NCBI GenBank assembly: GCA_031423235.1
Contig: JANPFC010000054.1
Span: 13,691-77,690 of the forward strand
Reading direction: 5' to 3'
From: Chlamydiota bacterium
Lineage (GTDB): Bacteria; Chlamydiota; Chlamydiia; Chlamydiales; SM23-39
Length of the DNA stretch: 64,000 nt
In this document: positions 45,650 through 54,321 of the stretch, one piece after another
Layout of the letters: each line of letters starts with the position of its first letter
Numbering within the stretch: position 1 is the first letter of the stretch
Program-made: the position numbers and the translations under genes
Notes under the pieces: model-generated
What the model was told of the DNA's origin: nothing
What the model saw: only the letters and a program-made list of their open reading frames with translations
The model's database searches: none

Positions 45650-45831
45650 GAAAGAAGAATCTCTTAGCGATTTCGACAGATAGTATGTAGAGCAGCACGA
45701 TCGCGGCTAAGGTTGTAAAGCTCCTCAAAAGAGACTTTCCAAAACATATTTTTTCCCATCGCGACTGATATATAGTAGAATTATCTTTTATGAGGATAGG
45801 TTCTTGAGGTGTACGTGGGATTTTTGTTAGA

Positions 45832-46650
45832 ATGACCACCCAATCTAACCGAGAATCTATGAACAGTATAAATAATCCTTTGACTTTTTCAAGTCATATC
45901 CGCACATGGACACACCCTCTAGAAGAGGGATTAAATACATCTACCGCTCAAGAGAAGGCATGCTATGAGCGCGCGCTAAATATAATCGAAAAGCTTTTCA
46001 TGAAGGCGCCCCTCAAATCTCTTACGGAATGGCAGTTCCATGCGATGCTCTCCATAGTCCATTCGCAATTAGTTACTGATCCTGAGGAAGGTCCCGGTCG
46101 TTACCGTTCTAAGGAAGATGAAGGGGTGGCCATAGGGAAAATCAACCTTGATGGCGGCCTCCTAGAACATCTTGTTAAGCACGATCGAAAGTCTTTGCCA
46201 TTATTTCAAGAAGTCCAAACTCAGCTACAAAGAGGCAAGGGACTGGATGAAATGGTAAATGATCGACTAGTCTCTCCAGCAGCAATTGATTTCATCAATA
46301 GATACTTTCATATCTGCCCCTCTCCAAAGCATGTGTATTCTTTAATGGAAATATTGAGGCAAGAAGTTCAAAAAAAATTAGAATCAAAAGAAGATCCGAT
46401 TGATATCGCTTCTTTTGCTCATTGCGAAATAGGCAGGATACATCCTTTCAAAGAAGCGAATGGACGGATCGCCCGCATATTTATGAATGTGATTCTCATG
46501 CAAGGAGGCCATCAGCCTATAGCCTTCGCTTCCGAAGAGACCTATACAAATGCTGTAAAAGACCCTCAAGAGTTTAACCATCTTGTCAGAAACCTCTCTC
46601 GGATGTTCGACTATGAGGCTGAAGTCGATAGGCAGTTGAAAAAATGTTAA
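45832..46650 (+). CDS. Fic-domain protein (AMPylase-type)
   Basis: Canonical Fic motif HPFKEANGRIAR. SKEDEG upstream fits the [ST]xxxE[GN] inhibitory-helix motif. Confidence 0.85.
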   Translation: MTTQSNRESMNSINNPLTFSSHIRTWTHPLEEGLNTSTAQEKACYERALNIIEKLFMKAPLKSLTEWQFHAMLSIVHSQLVTDPEEGPGRYRSKEDEGVAIGKINLDGGLLEHLVKHDRKSLPLFQEVQTQLQRGKGLDEMVNDRLVSPAAIDFINRYFHICPSPKHVYSLMEILRQEVQKKLESKEDPIDIASFAHCEIGRIHPFKEANGRIARIFMNVILMQGGHQPIAFASEETYTNAVKDPQEFNHLVRNLSRMFDYEAEVDRQLKKC

Positions 46651-47471
46651 ATTGGAAACAGATCGTTCAGAATTACATCATTAAACATTCTGACAAGATC
46701 AAAAAAGTCACCCGCCCGCTAAGAGACCGCCTCAACATCGGCTACTTCACCTACCATCGGATCGATAGGCAAGGCAAGTACACGGTACTCCTCGACCGCC
46801 CCGATTGGGCCGAGCACTACGTGGATGAAAAGTTCTTCCTCCAAGATCCCTATCTTAGGCATCCAGACATGTATAAATCGGGCTTTAGCCTGATTGAAAA
46901 CCACGGATCTGAAGAACACAGAAAACGGATACTCAAAGACGGGAAAGAGATATTCAATTTAGATCTTGGGCTCATGCTGATAGAAAAGGGGGAGAGTTCA
47001 GTTGAATTTTTCGGTTTCTGCGCCAACAAAGCGACCTCCCAGTTAGATAAACTCTATTTAAACCAACCTTGGCTTCTAAAGTCCTTTGCCTCCTACTTCA
47101 AAAAAGAGCTAGGTCCTATCCTCAAGCAAATGGAGGGAGAAGCCAGCTCGCTCATCGATCTAAAGGGTAAAGATTTCCATACTAAAGAGTTCATCCATCC
47201 AGACGTCGATTCGGCAACGCTAAAAGCGTATCTCAAAGATCTCGGGAAAGCCCAAGAAATCCTCCTGGCTGGACAACTTTCTCGGAGAGAAAAGCAGTGC
47301 ATCAAGCACCTCCTTGCGGGCAATTCGGCCAAGGACACGGCATCCATTCTCAAACTTTCCCATAGAACGATCGAATTCTATTTGGAGAACATCAAGAACA
47401 AGCTCTCCTGCTCTACCAAGCAAGAAATTTTCATCCTCGCTAATACATTCCAAGAACTCGGCCTACTGTAG
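46644..47471 (+). CDS. LuxR-family transcriptional regulator with N-terminal autoinducer-binding-like domain
   Basis: C-terminal HTH LSRREKQCIKHLLAGNSAKDTASILKLSHRTIEFYLENIKNKL. 7-nt overlap with the Fic gene. Confidence 0.85.
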   Translation: MLNWKQIVQNYIIKHSDKIKKVTRPLRDRLNIGYFTYHRIDRQGKYTVLLDRPDWAEHYVDEKFFLQDPYLRHPDMYKSGFSLIENHGSEEHRKRILKDGKEIFNLDLGLMLIEKGESSVEFFGFCANKATSQLDKLYLNQPWLLKSFASYFKKELGPILKQMEGEASSLIDLKGKDFHTKEFIHPDVDSATLKAYLKDLGKAQEILLAGQLSRREKQCIKHLLAGNSAKDTASILKLSHRTIEFYLENIKNKLSCSTKQEIFILANTFQELGLL

Positions 47472-47598
47472 TTGATACGGTAAACCAAATCCCCCTCTCC
47501 CCTTCATACTGATTCTCTTTAATTGGAGATGAAAAATGAAGTCATTCGCCTTTCTTACAATGTTTTACTGTGCAAATCCGATTCATACAGGAGAATTT

Positions 47599-48306
47599 AT
47601 GCAACCCCTTGAGACATTGAAACAGCTTGAAAGCTGCTACAACGCCATGCAGCCCGCCGTAGAGCAAACCGATGAGGCCTTTGTGTGGCTTTCAGACATA
47701 CCCCACCCCCTATTTAATGCGGTCATGCACCTTTCAACGGATAATACCAAGGCGAAGGTGGATGCAGTCCTTGAGAGGATCCCTGCCGAAAATCCAATCT
47801 CTTTTTGGGTTCACCCCCAAAATAAAGCCCGAGGACTCGAAACGGCCCTTAAAGAATTCGGATTTGGCCCCGTACTCACCTGTTCAGTTATGGGATGCCC
47901 CGTAAAGCCAGTAACCACCCTCAACTATGATATTCGGCCCGCAGACAAAGAGACGTTCTATCAGATTATAGCTGATATCTTTCAGTTCGATGAGCTTGTA
48001 AAGGAGAAGTATGCAGATCTTATGGGAAGGATCGGCGCAGAAAATTATCTTATTTACCTCGATGGAAAACCAGTTGGAACGGGCACCCTATTTCCCAACG
48101 GAGAAACGGGCGGAATTTTCAATATTTCAACCCTTCCAGAATTTGAACGAAAAGGATGCGCGGGGGCCATGATGCTCCATTTAATGAATCGTGCAAAAGC
48201 CCTCGAACTGAAGCAGCTAGTGCTCCTCAGTTCCCAAGCGGCCGAAAAGCTCTACTTAAAGCTCGGATTCGAGAAGGCATTCGACGTCGATATTTATGTA
48301 AAATAG
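47599..48306 (+). CDS. GNAT-family N-acetyltransferase
   Basis: ATG at 47599 follows AGGAGA. Acetyl-CoA-binding block RKGCAGAMMLHLMNRAKALELKQLVLLSS..AEKLYLKLGF. Confidence 0.8.
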   Translation: MQPLETLKQLESCYNAMQPAVEQTDEAFVWLSDIPHPLFNAVMHLSTDNTKAKVDAVLERIPAENPISFWVHPQNKARGLETALKEFGFGPVLTCSVMGCPVKPVTTLNYDIRPADKETFYQIIADIFQFDELVKEKYADLMGRIGAENYLIYLDGKPVGTGTLFPNGETGGIFNISTLPEFERKGCAGAMMLHLMNRAKALELKQLVLLSSQAAEKLYLKLGFEKAFDVDIYVK

Positions 48307-48314
48307 ATTTAAAC

Positions 48315-48483
48315 CTAGTACCCCACCTTGAAAATTTTCATGAGTTGGGCTGCGTCAAAGCCGCCAACAAATCGACGATCGCAAAGTGTCTAGTATTAAA
48401 CCAATACAAGGCACTTTGCGATCGTCGATTTTTGGCGCTTTCACGCAGCCCAACTTGTGAAAATTTTCAAGGTGGGGTACTAG
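48315..48483. repeat. Palindromic element E (~169 bp; ~73-bp arms, 23-nt loop)
   Basis: Left arm 48315-48388 and right arm 48412-48483 are near reverse complements (ctagtaccccaccttgaaaattttca...). It exactly fills a convergent gap and contains the stop codon of CDS 48480..49286. Confidence 0.9.
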
Positions 48484-49286
48484 CCCTCCATTTCTAGGTG
48501 CAGATCAGCTACAGGCGGAGGATCGTCATGAATCCCCGCTTCTATGTGGAATTCACCTATATCTGGCAATTGAGGCCTAGGCTGTTCGATCCCCCCCGGT
48601 CCTTCTGGCTGATCTAAAATTGGAGGAATTACAGCAGGGCGATGTGGATTTCTGACGATTTCCAATCTCGGAACAGCCCGCCGGACAGGAATCGGCCCCC
48701 CATCTCCCTCTGGCTGCAGCGGTTCAGGGCGGTTCACTTCATTTATACAAGTTTGCACGCAGTTACATATACAGCTAATGCAGTCTTTTAAAAGGAGAAA
48801 ACCTATCGTACCCACCGCAAGAGATGCTGCTCCTAAATCCACGGAAAGAGCCCCCATGCTCATTGCTTCTGGTAAAAAATTCATTTCGACTCCAGCAGCT
48901 TTGCATACTCCATATCCCAAAGCAGTTCCTGCAAAATAGCCCCCAACCGCAGATCCAATTTTTATCAACCTTTTATGCTTGGCAGTCGGGTAACATATGT
49001 ATTCATATACTTTGCGATCAATCGTATTTGACAACTCGTTATAAATTGGAAAGGCAGCCGCAGCAGCAAACGTTCCAAAAAGAGCTCCAGCACCGACAGA
49101 ACAAGTTTTTAAAGCTGCAGCAGACAAAGAACCTCCGACAGCGCCGGCTAAAGACCCAACAAAACTCAGTAAACCAAACCGACAGGCTACGTCGCGATGA
49201 GTATCGATGTACTCACGCGGCCGCTCATCTATATCAAGGACTCGAGGAGAAAAGAAAGGCATAGCTATTCCGAAAAAATCCTTCAA
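48480..49286 (-). CDS. Polytopic Gly/Ala-rich membrane protein with Cys cluster (CISCICNCVQTC) and Pro-rich C-terminus
   Basis: 268 aa. Paired hydrophobic segments FGLLSFVGSLAGAVGGSLSAAALKTCSVGAGALFGTFAAAAAF. Confidence 0.55.
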   Translation of the reverse strand: MKDFFGIAMPFFSPRVLDIDERPREYIDTHRDVACRFGLLSFVGSLAGAVGGSLSAAALKTCSVGAGALFGTFAAAAAFPIYNELSNTIDRKVYEYICYPTAKHKRLIKIGSAVGGYFAGTALGYGVCKAAGVEMNFLPEAMSMGALSVDLGAASLAVGTIGFLLLKDCISCICNCVQTCINEVNRPEPLQPEGDGGPIPVRRAVPRLEIVRNPHRPAVIPPILDQPEGPGGIEQPRPQLPDIGEFHIEAGIHDDPPPVADLHLEMEG

Positions 49287-49334
49287 AAGGCAGCCATTCT
49301 ACACAAAATTTGTGATATTTGCCATAATGTCCGC

Positions 49335-50150
49335 ATGCTCAGTAAATACCTGATCCTCTTTGCCCTATTGACAGTTCCATTAGCAAGCGAAGAGGCTTAT
49401 TTCACCCGCTTTGAAGCCCTTGCCAAAGCTGAAAAATGGGAAGAAATCATCGCAGAAGGGACAGCTGCTCTCGATACAGCAGTCAAAGAAGATAGGCTAT
49501 ACGATGAGGCCAAAATCTGCGCTCAGCTCACCTCCTCCTCGTTCTACCTCGGCGACTACGCTCAAGCTCTCCTCTACGCGAACCGGTGCCATGAGCTTTC
49601 TGAAAGCTTTACCGACCCCTCGCTCTATCTTCGCGCCCTATACTTAGAATCGGCCGTCTACCGCGCACAAAAAGATTTTGATCGCGCCGTTGAAGTGGCC
49701 GAGGGGGCTCTTCGCCTATATGAAGACAAAGAACTCGATACCCCTCAACTCCTTAGCAAGATTTATTTTAATCTTGGGGCCGCCCATGCAGACAATCCGA
49801 ACGGCAATTTGAAAGAAGCGGTCCGTTGTTATTCCACAGCCCTTGAATGCGCCCCCACTCCTGACGACCGCATTCGAACCTCCATTCGGTTGGGCAAAGT
49901 GTACCTTATCCAAAAAAACTTCGACTTATCGCAAGAAATCATCGACCAAGTCCGTCCTCAAATAACCAATGATCGACTTGCCATGCATGCCGATTATTTC
50001 GAGGCGCAGCTTAAAGCCGCCATGAATGAGACAGATGCTGCAATCCTCCTCGCCAATAGAGGGCTTGCCCGTGCAATCACTCTGGGCGCGAAAGAAGACG
50101 AATCAAGGCTTAAAGCCCTATTACAGTCCCTGATTCCAAAAATACCTTGA
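49335..50150 (+). CDS. Secreted TPR-repeat protein
   Basis: ATG at 49335 gives the signal peptide MLSKYLILFALLTVPLASEEA, followed by TPR-like helical repeats. The track start at 49197 would overlap the divergent gene. Confidence 0.65.
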   Translation: MLSKYLILFALLTVPLASEEAYFTRFEALAKAEKWEEIIAEGTAALDTAVKEDRLYDEAKICAQLTSSSFYLGDYAQALLYANRCHELSESFTDPSLYLRALYLESAVYRAQKDFDRAVEVAEGALRLYEDKELDTPQLLSKIYFNLGAAHADNPNGNLKEAVRCYSTALECAPTPDDRIRTSIRLGKVYLIQKNFDLSQEIIDQVRPQITNDRLAMHADYFEAQLKAAMNETDAAILLANRGLARAITLGAKEDESRLKALLQSLIPKIP

Positions 50151-50198
50151 CCGCGGACCTGTAATGTCGTACTTTTTGGGGAACACCAAGGAGATATT

Positions 50199-50399
50199 AT
50201 GAAAAAACCGATCCTTTTCGCAGCCCTTTTAGGACTCTTTACCGCCTGCTCATCCCAAACCGCCCCTGTTAAACCGCCTGAAGCAGCACAAGCCCCCCAA
50301 GACTGCACCCGCCCTTGCTGCAAAAACCCATGCAAAACTGCAACTCCCTGCACGAAAGTCTGCCCGTGCCACGAGTCGCACTCATGCAAAACTAAATAA
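50199..50399 (+). CDS. Small Cys-rich lipoprotein
   Basis: Lipobox LGLFTAC. The mature 47-aa part has 9 Cys (CTRPCCKNPCKTATPCTKVCPCHESHSC). AGGAGA lies upstream. Confidence 0.6.
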   Translation: MKKPILFAALLGLFTACSSQTAPVKPPEAAQAPQDCTRPCCKNPCKTATPCTKVCPCHESHSCKTK

Positions 50400-50461
50400 T
50401 TGGCTGTAATTGCTTTAATTCGCCTTTCTTTTATAATACAAGCTCACTTACAGGAGCTTTT

Positions 50462-50737
50462 ATGTTAAAGAAATTCAATACAAAACCGTTAATCATTTCA
50501 TGGCTTACAGCGCTTACGATTTTGATTGGATTTTTGGCCTACAGCCGCATGTCTCCGCCGCAAGAGAAGACCGCCATAAAAGAGACTATTTTTGTTGAGA
50601 GAAACCCAGTAATCATCACCGAAGTACACCGCTGCCATCCTCACTACCGCGTGTACCACCACTACCCCCATGATCATTATCCAAGGCACCACCGCCATGG
50701 AAGCCACTTCAGCTTTTCAATGAACCTATCTCAATAA
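50462..50737 (+). CDS. Small membrane-anchored His-rich protein
   Basis: TM helix LIISWLTALTILIGFLAY, then HRCHPHYRVYHHYPHDHYPRHHRHGSHF. The last codons lie inside palindromic element F. Confidence 0.5.
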   Translation: MLKKFNTKPLIISWLTALTILIGFLAYSRMSPPQEKTAIKETIFVERNPVIITEVHRCHPHYRVYHHYPHDHYPRHHRHGSHFSFSMNLSQ

Positions 50738-50890
50738 AAAGTTTCAGTCGATTTTCTGGTTCTTTTGAGCCGATTTTCGATTCAAATTCGGGGGGTAATA
50801 TACAGTTGTCGATATTGCCCCCCGAATTTGAATCGAAAATCGGCCAAAATAATCCAGAAAATCGACGAAAAATTTTATTGAGATAGGTTC
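50722..50890. repeat. Palindromic element F (~169 bp; arms end in G6/C6 around the loop)
   Basis: gaacctatctcaataaaaagtttcagtcgatttt...attcgggggg / ccccccgaat...aaaatcgacgaaaaattttattgagataggttc. Confidence 0.9.
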
Positions 50891-50992
50891 TTAGGCGGCC
50901 CTCTTTAGGAATTGAATTCTATCCTCTGAAAGTTCATAATCGAACCCTATTCGATAAAAATCCCAAGTTAAAACCACAAATCGAGAAATTAA

Positions 50993-51292
50993 ATGGCCGT
51001 AATAACCCAAATATACCTAGTTGATAAACAATTCACTGTCGAAGTAACAGGACCCGAAATTCAGTTTTCCAAAGAGAACAAACAACAATGTATCAATGCC
51101 GCACGTCTGCTCCAAGAAGCTCATAAATCTTATAAATCGTTTAAACCGACGTTTGCAGCTGAAGCAAATCCAGATATTACTGATGGCGAAGTCATGTCGC
51201 TCATTAAAAGAGTGGCAGCTACGCGAAATGCCTTAGCAACGACCTCCCAGAAAACGGGCCTAAAAATAAACTGTGCGGCAACTAAGCTATAA
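50993..51292 (+). CDS. Hypothetical protein
   Basis: 99-aa ORF, followed 8 nt later by the next ORF. Confidence 0.45.
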   Translation: MAVITQIYLVDKQFTVEVTGPEIQFSKENKQQCINAARLLQEAHKSYKSFKPTFAAEANPDITDGEVMSLIKRVAATRNALATTSQKTGLKINCAATKL

Positions 51293-51300
51293 GAACAAAT

Positions 51301-51930
51301 ATGTCGATACCACAGGTAAGTTTAGTATCAGAGTCTAAAGACCCTCACAAACGCCCCTTCGACAGCGTGAATGACGAGATGAATGCAAAGGTAGAAGCCT
51401 TAGCAATCCCCGCAATCCAGAATGGGAACAAATACAGAAAGGTTGGTAAACAACTTCCCAAAGTGGAAGCCGCTCCTCTCCGCTTGGATCCGACTACCAA
51501 AAAAAAGGTCTATTCAGCGGGAGGGAGGATATTCTTCCGTCAGGTGCCTGCAAACGGTTATTCCAGCCGCGCAACTTGTACTTTTGTAAGACCTGAATCG
51601 TGGGATCAGATTTCCGAATCAGAAGACTCAGATGAAAAAGCACCGGATTCTCCTAGCCCGCAAGGAATAGCACAGTGGTTCCAAGCGCCCACGAAGGATG
51701 AAATAGATGAACTATTGGGCTGCGACGAAGATCTGGATGAAGAACTTGTGCAAATTGAAAGAAATGCCCACAAGCCATCAGTTACCCAACTATTTGATGT
51801 AACTGAAAAAAGCGGCCTCCGCAAGCTAGTTCTATTGAGAAACGGATACAAAAGATATCTTCGCGGAGAATATCCCTCCTCAGTCGAAAAGGAATACCTC
51901 AGCAACGAGATCGCCAAGGCATTAAGTTAG
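51301..51930 (+). CDS. Hypothetical acidic protein
   Basis: 209-aa ORF. No motif recognised. Confidence 0.5.
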   Translation: MSIPQVSLVSESKDPHKRPFDSVNDEMNAKVEALAIPAIQNGNKYRKVGKQLPKVEAAPLRLDPTTKKKVYSAGGRIFFRQVPANGYSSRATCTFVRPESWDQISESEDSDEKAPDSPSPQGIAQWFQAPTKDEIDELLGCDEDLDEELVQIERNAHKPSVTQLFDVTEKSGLRKLVLLRNGYKRYLRGEYPSSVEKEYLSNEIAKALS

Positions 51931-51944
51931 GTACTCTCCCGAGC

Positions 51945-52214
51945 TTACCAGTATTTTTTCGCCCAGTGAGTATCAGTTTTTTCGACCCATTTGTTCCCGC
52001 GGATCTCGCGCCAAACAATTCGCTCGATCTCATTCGGGTTATCTATATCTAGCCAAAGAGCGCAGTCCCATTCGCCGGTTGTGCTCCAAGCTTCCTTAAT
52101 CTCTTTGACGCTCTTCCATTGCGATGCAGAATCCTCGGGAGCCCCCTGCTTCCATTTCACTCGAACCCAAGCGCCCCAATGTCCAGCCCACTGTTTTTTT
52201 GCTTCTACTGCCAT
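51945..52214 (-). CDS. Trp-rich stand-alone Lrp/AsnC-ligand-binding (RAM)-like small protein
   Basis: AWVRVKWK...TTGEWDCALWLDIDNPNEIERIVWREIRGNKWVEKTDTHW follows the RAM-domain pattern (..tGeyDl...v.a.d.eel..f....i..i.gV..t.T). Confidence 0.45.
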   Translation of the reverse strand: MAVEAKKQWAGHWGAWVRVKWKQGAPEDSASQWKSVKEIKEAWSTTGEWDCALWLDIDNPNEIERIVWREIRGNKWVEKTDTHWAKKYW

Positions 52215-52290
52215 ACAAAATCCCCCTATTCATTTTACGAATCAGGTTGGTATATAACAGAAGAAGGAATGAGGATTCAATATTTTGATT

Positions 52291-52325
52291 AAAAAAAAGG
52301 GGCAGCAAGAGACATCCCTGCTGCC
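52291..52325 (-). terminator. Rho-independent terminator of CDS 52333..52890
   Basis: Minus-strand reading: ggcagca-ggga.tgtctct-tgctgcc followed by CCTTTTTTTT, 8 nt after the stop. Confidence 0.7.
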
Positions 52326-52332
52326 GAAAAGA

Positions 52333-52890
52333 TTACACGAGGGCGAGATTTAAATTGGGATCTTCGACCGCTTCGGGTTTAAAGTCCTTAGCAAGCTTTT
52401 GTTCTTCAGCCATAGTTTCTTCTTTCGCTACGAGCTTCTGACGGATTTGGAGCATTTCTGGAGAAACACCCTCATCGCTTGCGAGTGAAATGGTCTTTTG
52501 CGAAGTATTGTCGCTTAAGATGTATTTGCATTGGCTTAATTCAGTGACTGGCGAGCCTTCTCTTTTGAAGTTGATATCGAAAAACTTATCAGGATTTTCC
52601 CGATACAGTCTTCGGAGATACTTAGCTCCCCTTTTAGCAAGTCTTGCTTCAGCCCAAATGCGGAACCATTCGATTCTTGATCTGATCGCTTTTTGCTGTA
52701 AGTTTTGGCAGAATCCGAAAGGTTTTAAAGCCTTGCCGACTTGAGCCATCTGCTGATTATTTTCTAAATTAAAGTTCAAAAACTTCCGATTGATGTTCTT
52801 GTAGTGCATTTCATCTCTACGTCTTTCGCAAGACTGGACCATCATGAATTCAGACTTGAAAGCTTCGTTTCTGTCATCAAACATAAACAA
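52333..52890 (-). CDS. Hypothetical protein
   Basis: 185-aa ORF with its own terminator. No motif recognised. Confidence 0.55.
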   Translation of the reverse strand: MFMFDDRNEAFKSEFMMVQSCERRRDEMHYKNINRKFLNFNLENNQQMAQVGKALKPFGFCQNLQQKAIRSRIEWFRIWAEARLAKRGAKYLRRLYRENPDKFFDINFKREGSPVTELSQCKYILSDNTSQKTISLASDEGVSPEMLQIRQKLVAKEETMAEEQKLAKDFKPEAVEDPNLNLALV

Positions 52891-53112
52891 CCTATTATTT
52901 AAGTTAATGCATAAATTTTACAATAAACCACAATTATTTTAAACATAATAAGTTAAATTAAAATATACTAAATTTAAATCTTTAAACACGTCAGGAACGA
53001 TTATTCCAACTAAGACTAACTCACTCAGAATAAGAGGCTATTTGGAGAGCCAGAATTCAAAAAAAATATTTACAACTAATCAGAGAAGGCGGGCGGGTGA
53101 ATTTAAAGTAAA

Positions 53113-53706
53113 TTATATGTACTTTAGGCCGCCTTGCTTTTTGACGATCTGAAGAGCCTCATCATAGCTTTCCTCATGAATGATGTAATGTTTACCATAA
53201 GCCCAACCGGGTTTTCGATACCCTTCAATATGATATCCCTCATATTTGATTTTCCCATTCGCAAAGTAAACGATTGCTGCCTCCTGCCCCAATTGAACTC
53301 TGTCTTTATCCTCAAAGTAGAGACTGATGTTGAGCAAATTACTAACGAATGGGTATACATCTAAATCAGGCCTTACTTCTCCATTGTTATTAATTTCCAC
53401 TGTTAGGTTTTCGGCCACAAACACAATTAACTTTCTTGCATATTCCAATGAAATTTCATCATTCCTGTTTTTCTCAAGGGAATAACTTGCAGCAAAATTC
53501 CCAATCCCGTTTTTTTGATACCCCTCGGGCAAACACCAGTTAAAGCCATATCCGCGAAGAACTAAATCTGTTTCTGGCTTGATTTTTTGAGAATACAGGT
53601 TTAGGAGCTTATATGGAGGTTTCATTTGATAGGGATCTTTCACATCCTTTTTGCACGTACAAGACACCAGGGATAAACAAATTAACAGACAATTAGCAAC
53701 TTTCAT
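53113..53706 (-). CDS. Small lipoprotein, cassette-1 partner copy B
   Basis: Signal plus lipobox MKVANCLLICLSLVSC. About 90-95 percent nucleotide identity by eye to 53722..54321 over the 3' two-thirds. Confidence 0.75.
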   Translation of the reverse strand: MKVANCLLICLSLVSCTCKKDVKDPYQMKPPYKLLNLYSQKIKPETDLVLRGYGFNWCLPEGYQKNGIGNFAASYSLEKNRNDEISLEYARKLIVFVAENLTVEINNNGEVRPDLDVYPFVSNLLNISLYFEDKDRVQLGQEAAIVYFANGKIKYEGYHIEGYRKPGWAYGKHYIIHEESYDEALQIVKKQGGLKYI

Positions 53707-53721
53707 AGACTTCCAAACAAA

Positions 53722-54321
53722 CTACAAATACTTTAAGGTGCCTTGCTTTTTGACGATCTCAAGCGCCTCATCATAGCTTTCCTCGTGAATGATGTAATGT
53801 TTGCCATAAGCCCAGCCAGGTTTACGATACCCCTCAATATGATATCCCTCATATTTGATCTTTCCATTTGCGAAGCAAACAATTGCTACCCCCTGCCCCA
53901 ACTGAACCCTGTCCTTATCCTCAAAGTAGAGACTGATGTTAAGCGAATTGCTAACGAATGGGTATACATCTAAATCAGGCCTCACTTCTCCATTATTATT
54001 AATTTCCACTGTTAGGTTTTCGGCCACAAACACAATTAAATTTCTTGCATATTCCAATGAAATTTTATCATTCGAATTTTTCTCAAGGGAATATTTTGCT
54101 CGAAAATTTGCGATTCCATTCTTATATTCATAATTTTTAGGAACTCCGCAATTAATTCCATAAGAACGGAGAACCAGTTCTGTTTCGGGTTGTATCCGTT
54201 TGGAATACAAATTTATGAGCTTGTAAGGAGGATACATCTGATAAGGATCTTTCACATCCTTTTTGGTTGAGCAGGAAGATCCAACTAGGAAACAAAAAAG
54301 CAAAAAACTAATAAATTTCAT
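53722..54321 (-). CDS. Small lipoprotein, cassette-1 partner copy A
   Basis: MKFISFLLFCFLVGSSC. Its ATG lies 14 nt inside the end of the upstream large gene. Confidence 0.75.
   Translation of the reverse strand: MKFISFLLFCFLVGSSCSTKKDVKDPYQMYPPYKLINLYSKRIQPETELVLRSYGINCGVPKNYEYKNGIANFRAKYSLEKNSNDKISLEYARNLIVFVAENLTVEINNNGEVRPDLDVYPFVSNSLNISLYFEDKDRVQLGQGVAIVCFANGKIKYEGYHIEGYRKPGWAYGKHYIIHEESYDEALEIVKKQGTLKYL

Noticed and set aside
45633-45839. 68-aa minus-strand ORF in the gap before the Fic gene
   Set aside because: It has no RBS, overlaps both neighbouring gene ends, and is supported only by one hydrophobic stretch. It is not reported as a feature.
49197-49334. N-terminal extension of the TPR protein ORF (track start 49197) overlapping the divergent gene 48480..49286
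   Set aside because: The internal ATG at 49335 yields a clean signal peptide and removes the 90-nt head-to-head overlap. The extension is rich in Arg, Lys and Ile and looks non-coding.
13732-50890. The palindromic elements as a CRISPR array or other regularly spaced repeat system
   Set aside because: The elements are dispersed and single at each site. They are internally self-complementary rather than direct repeats separated by unique spacers, and they differ in sequence from one another.
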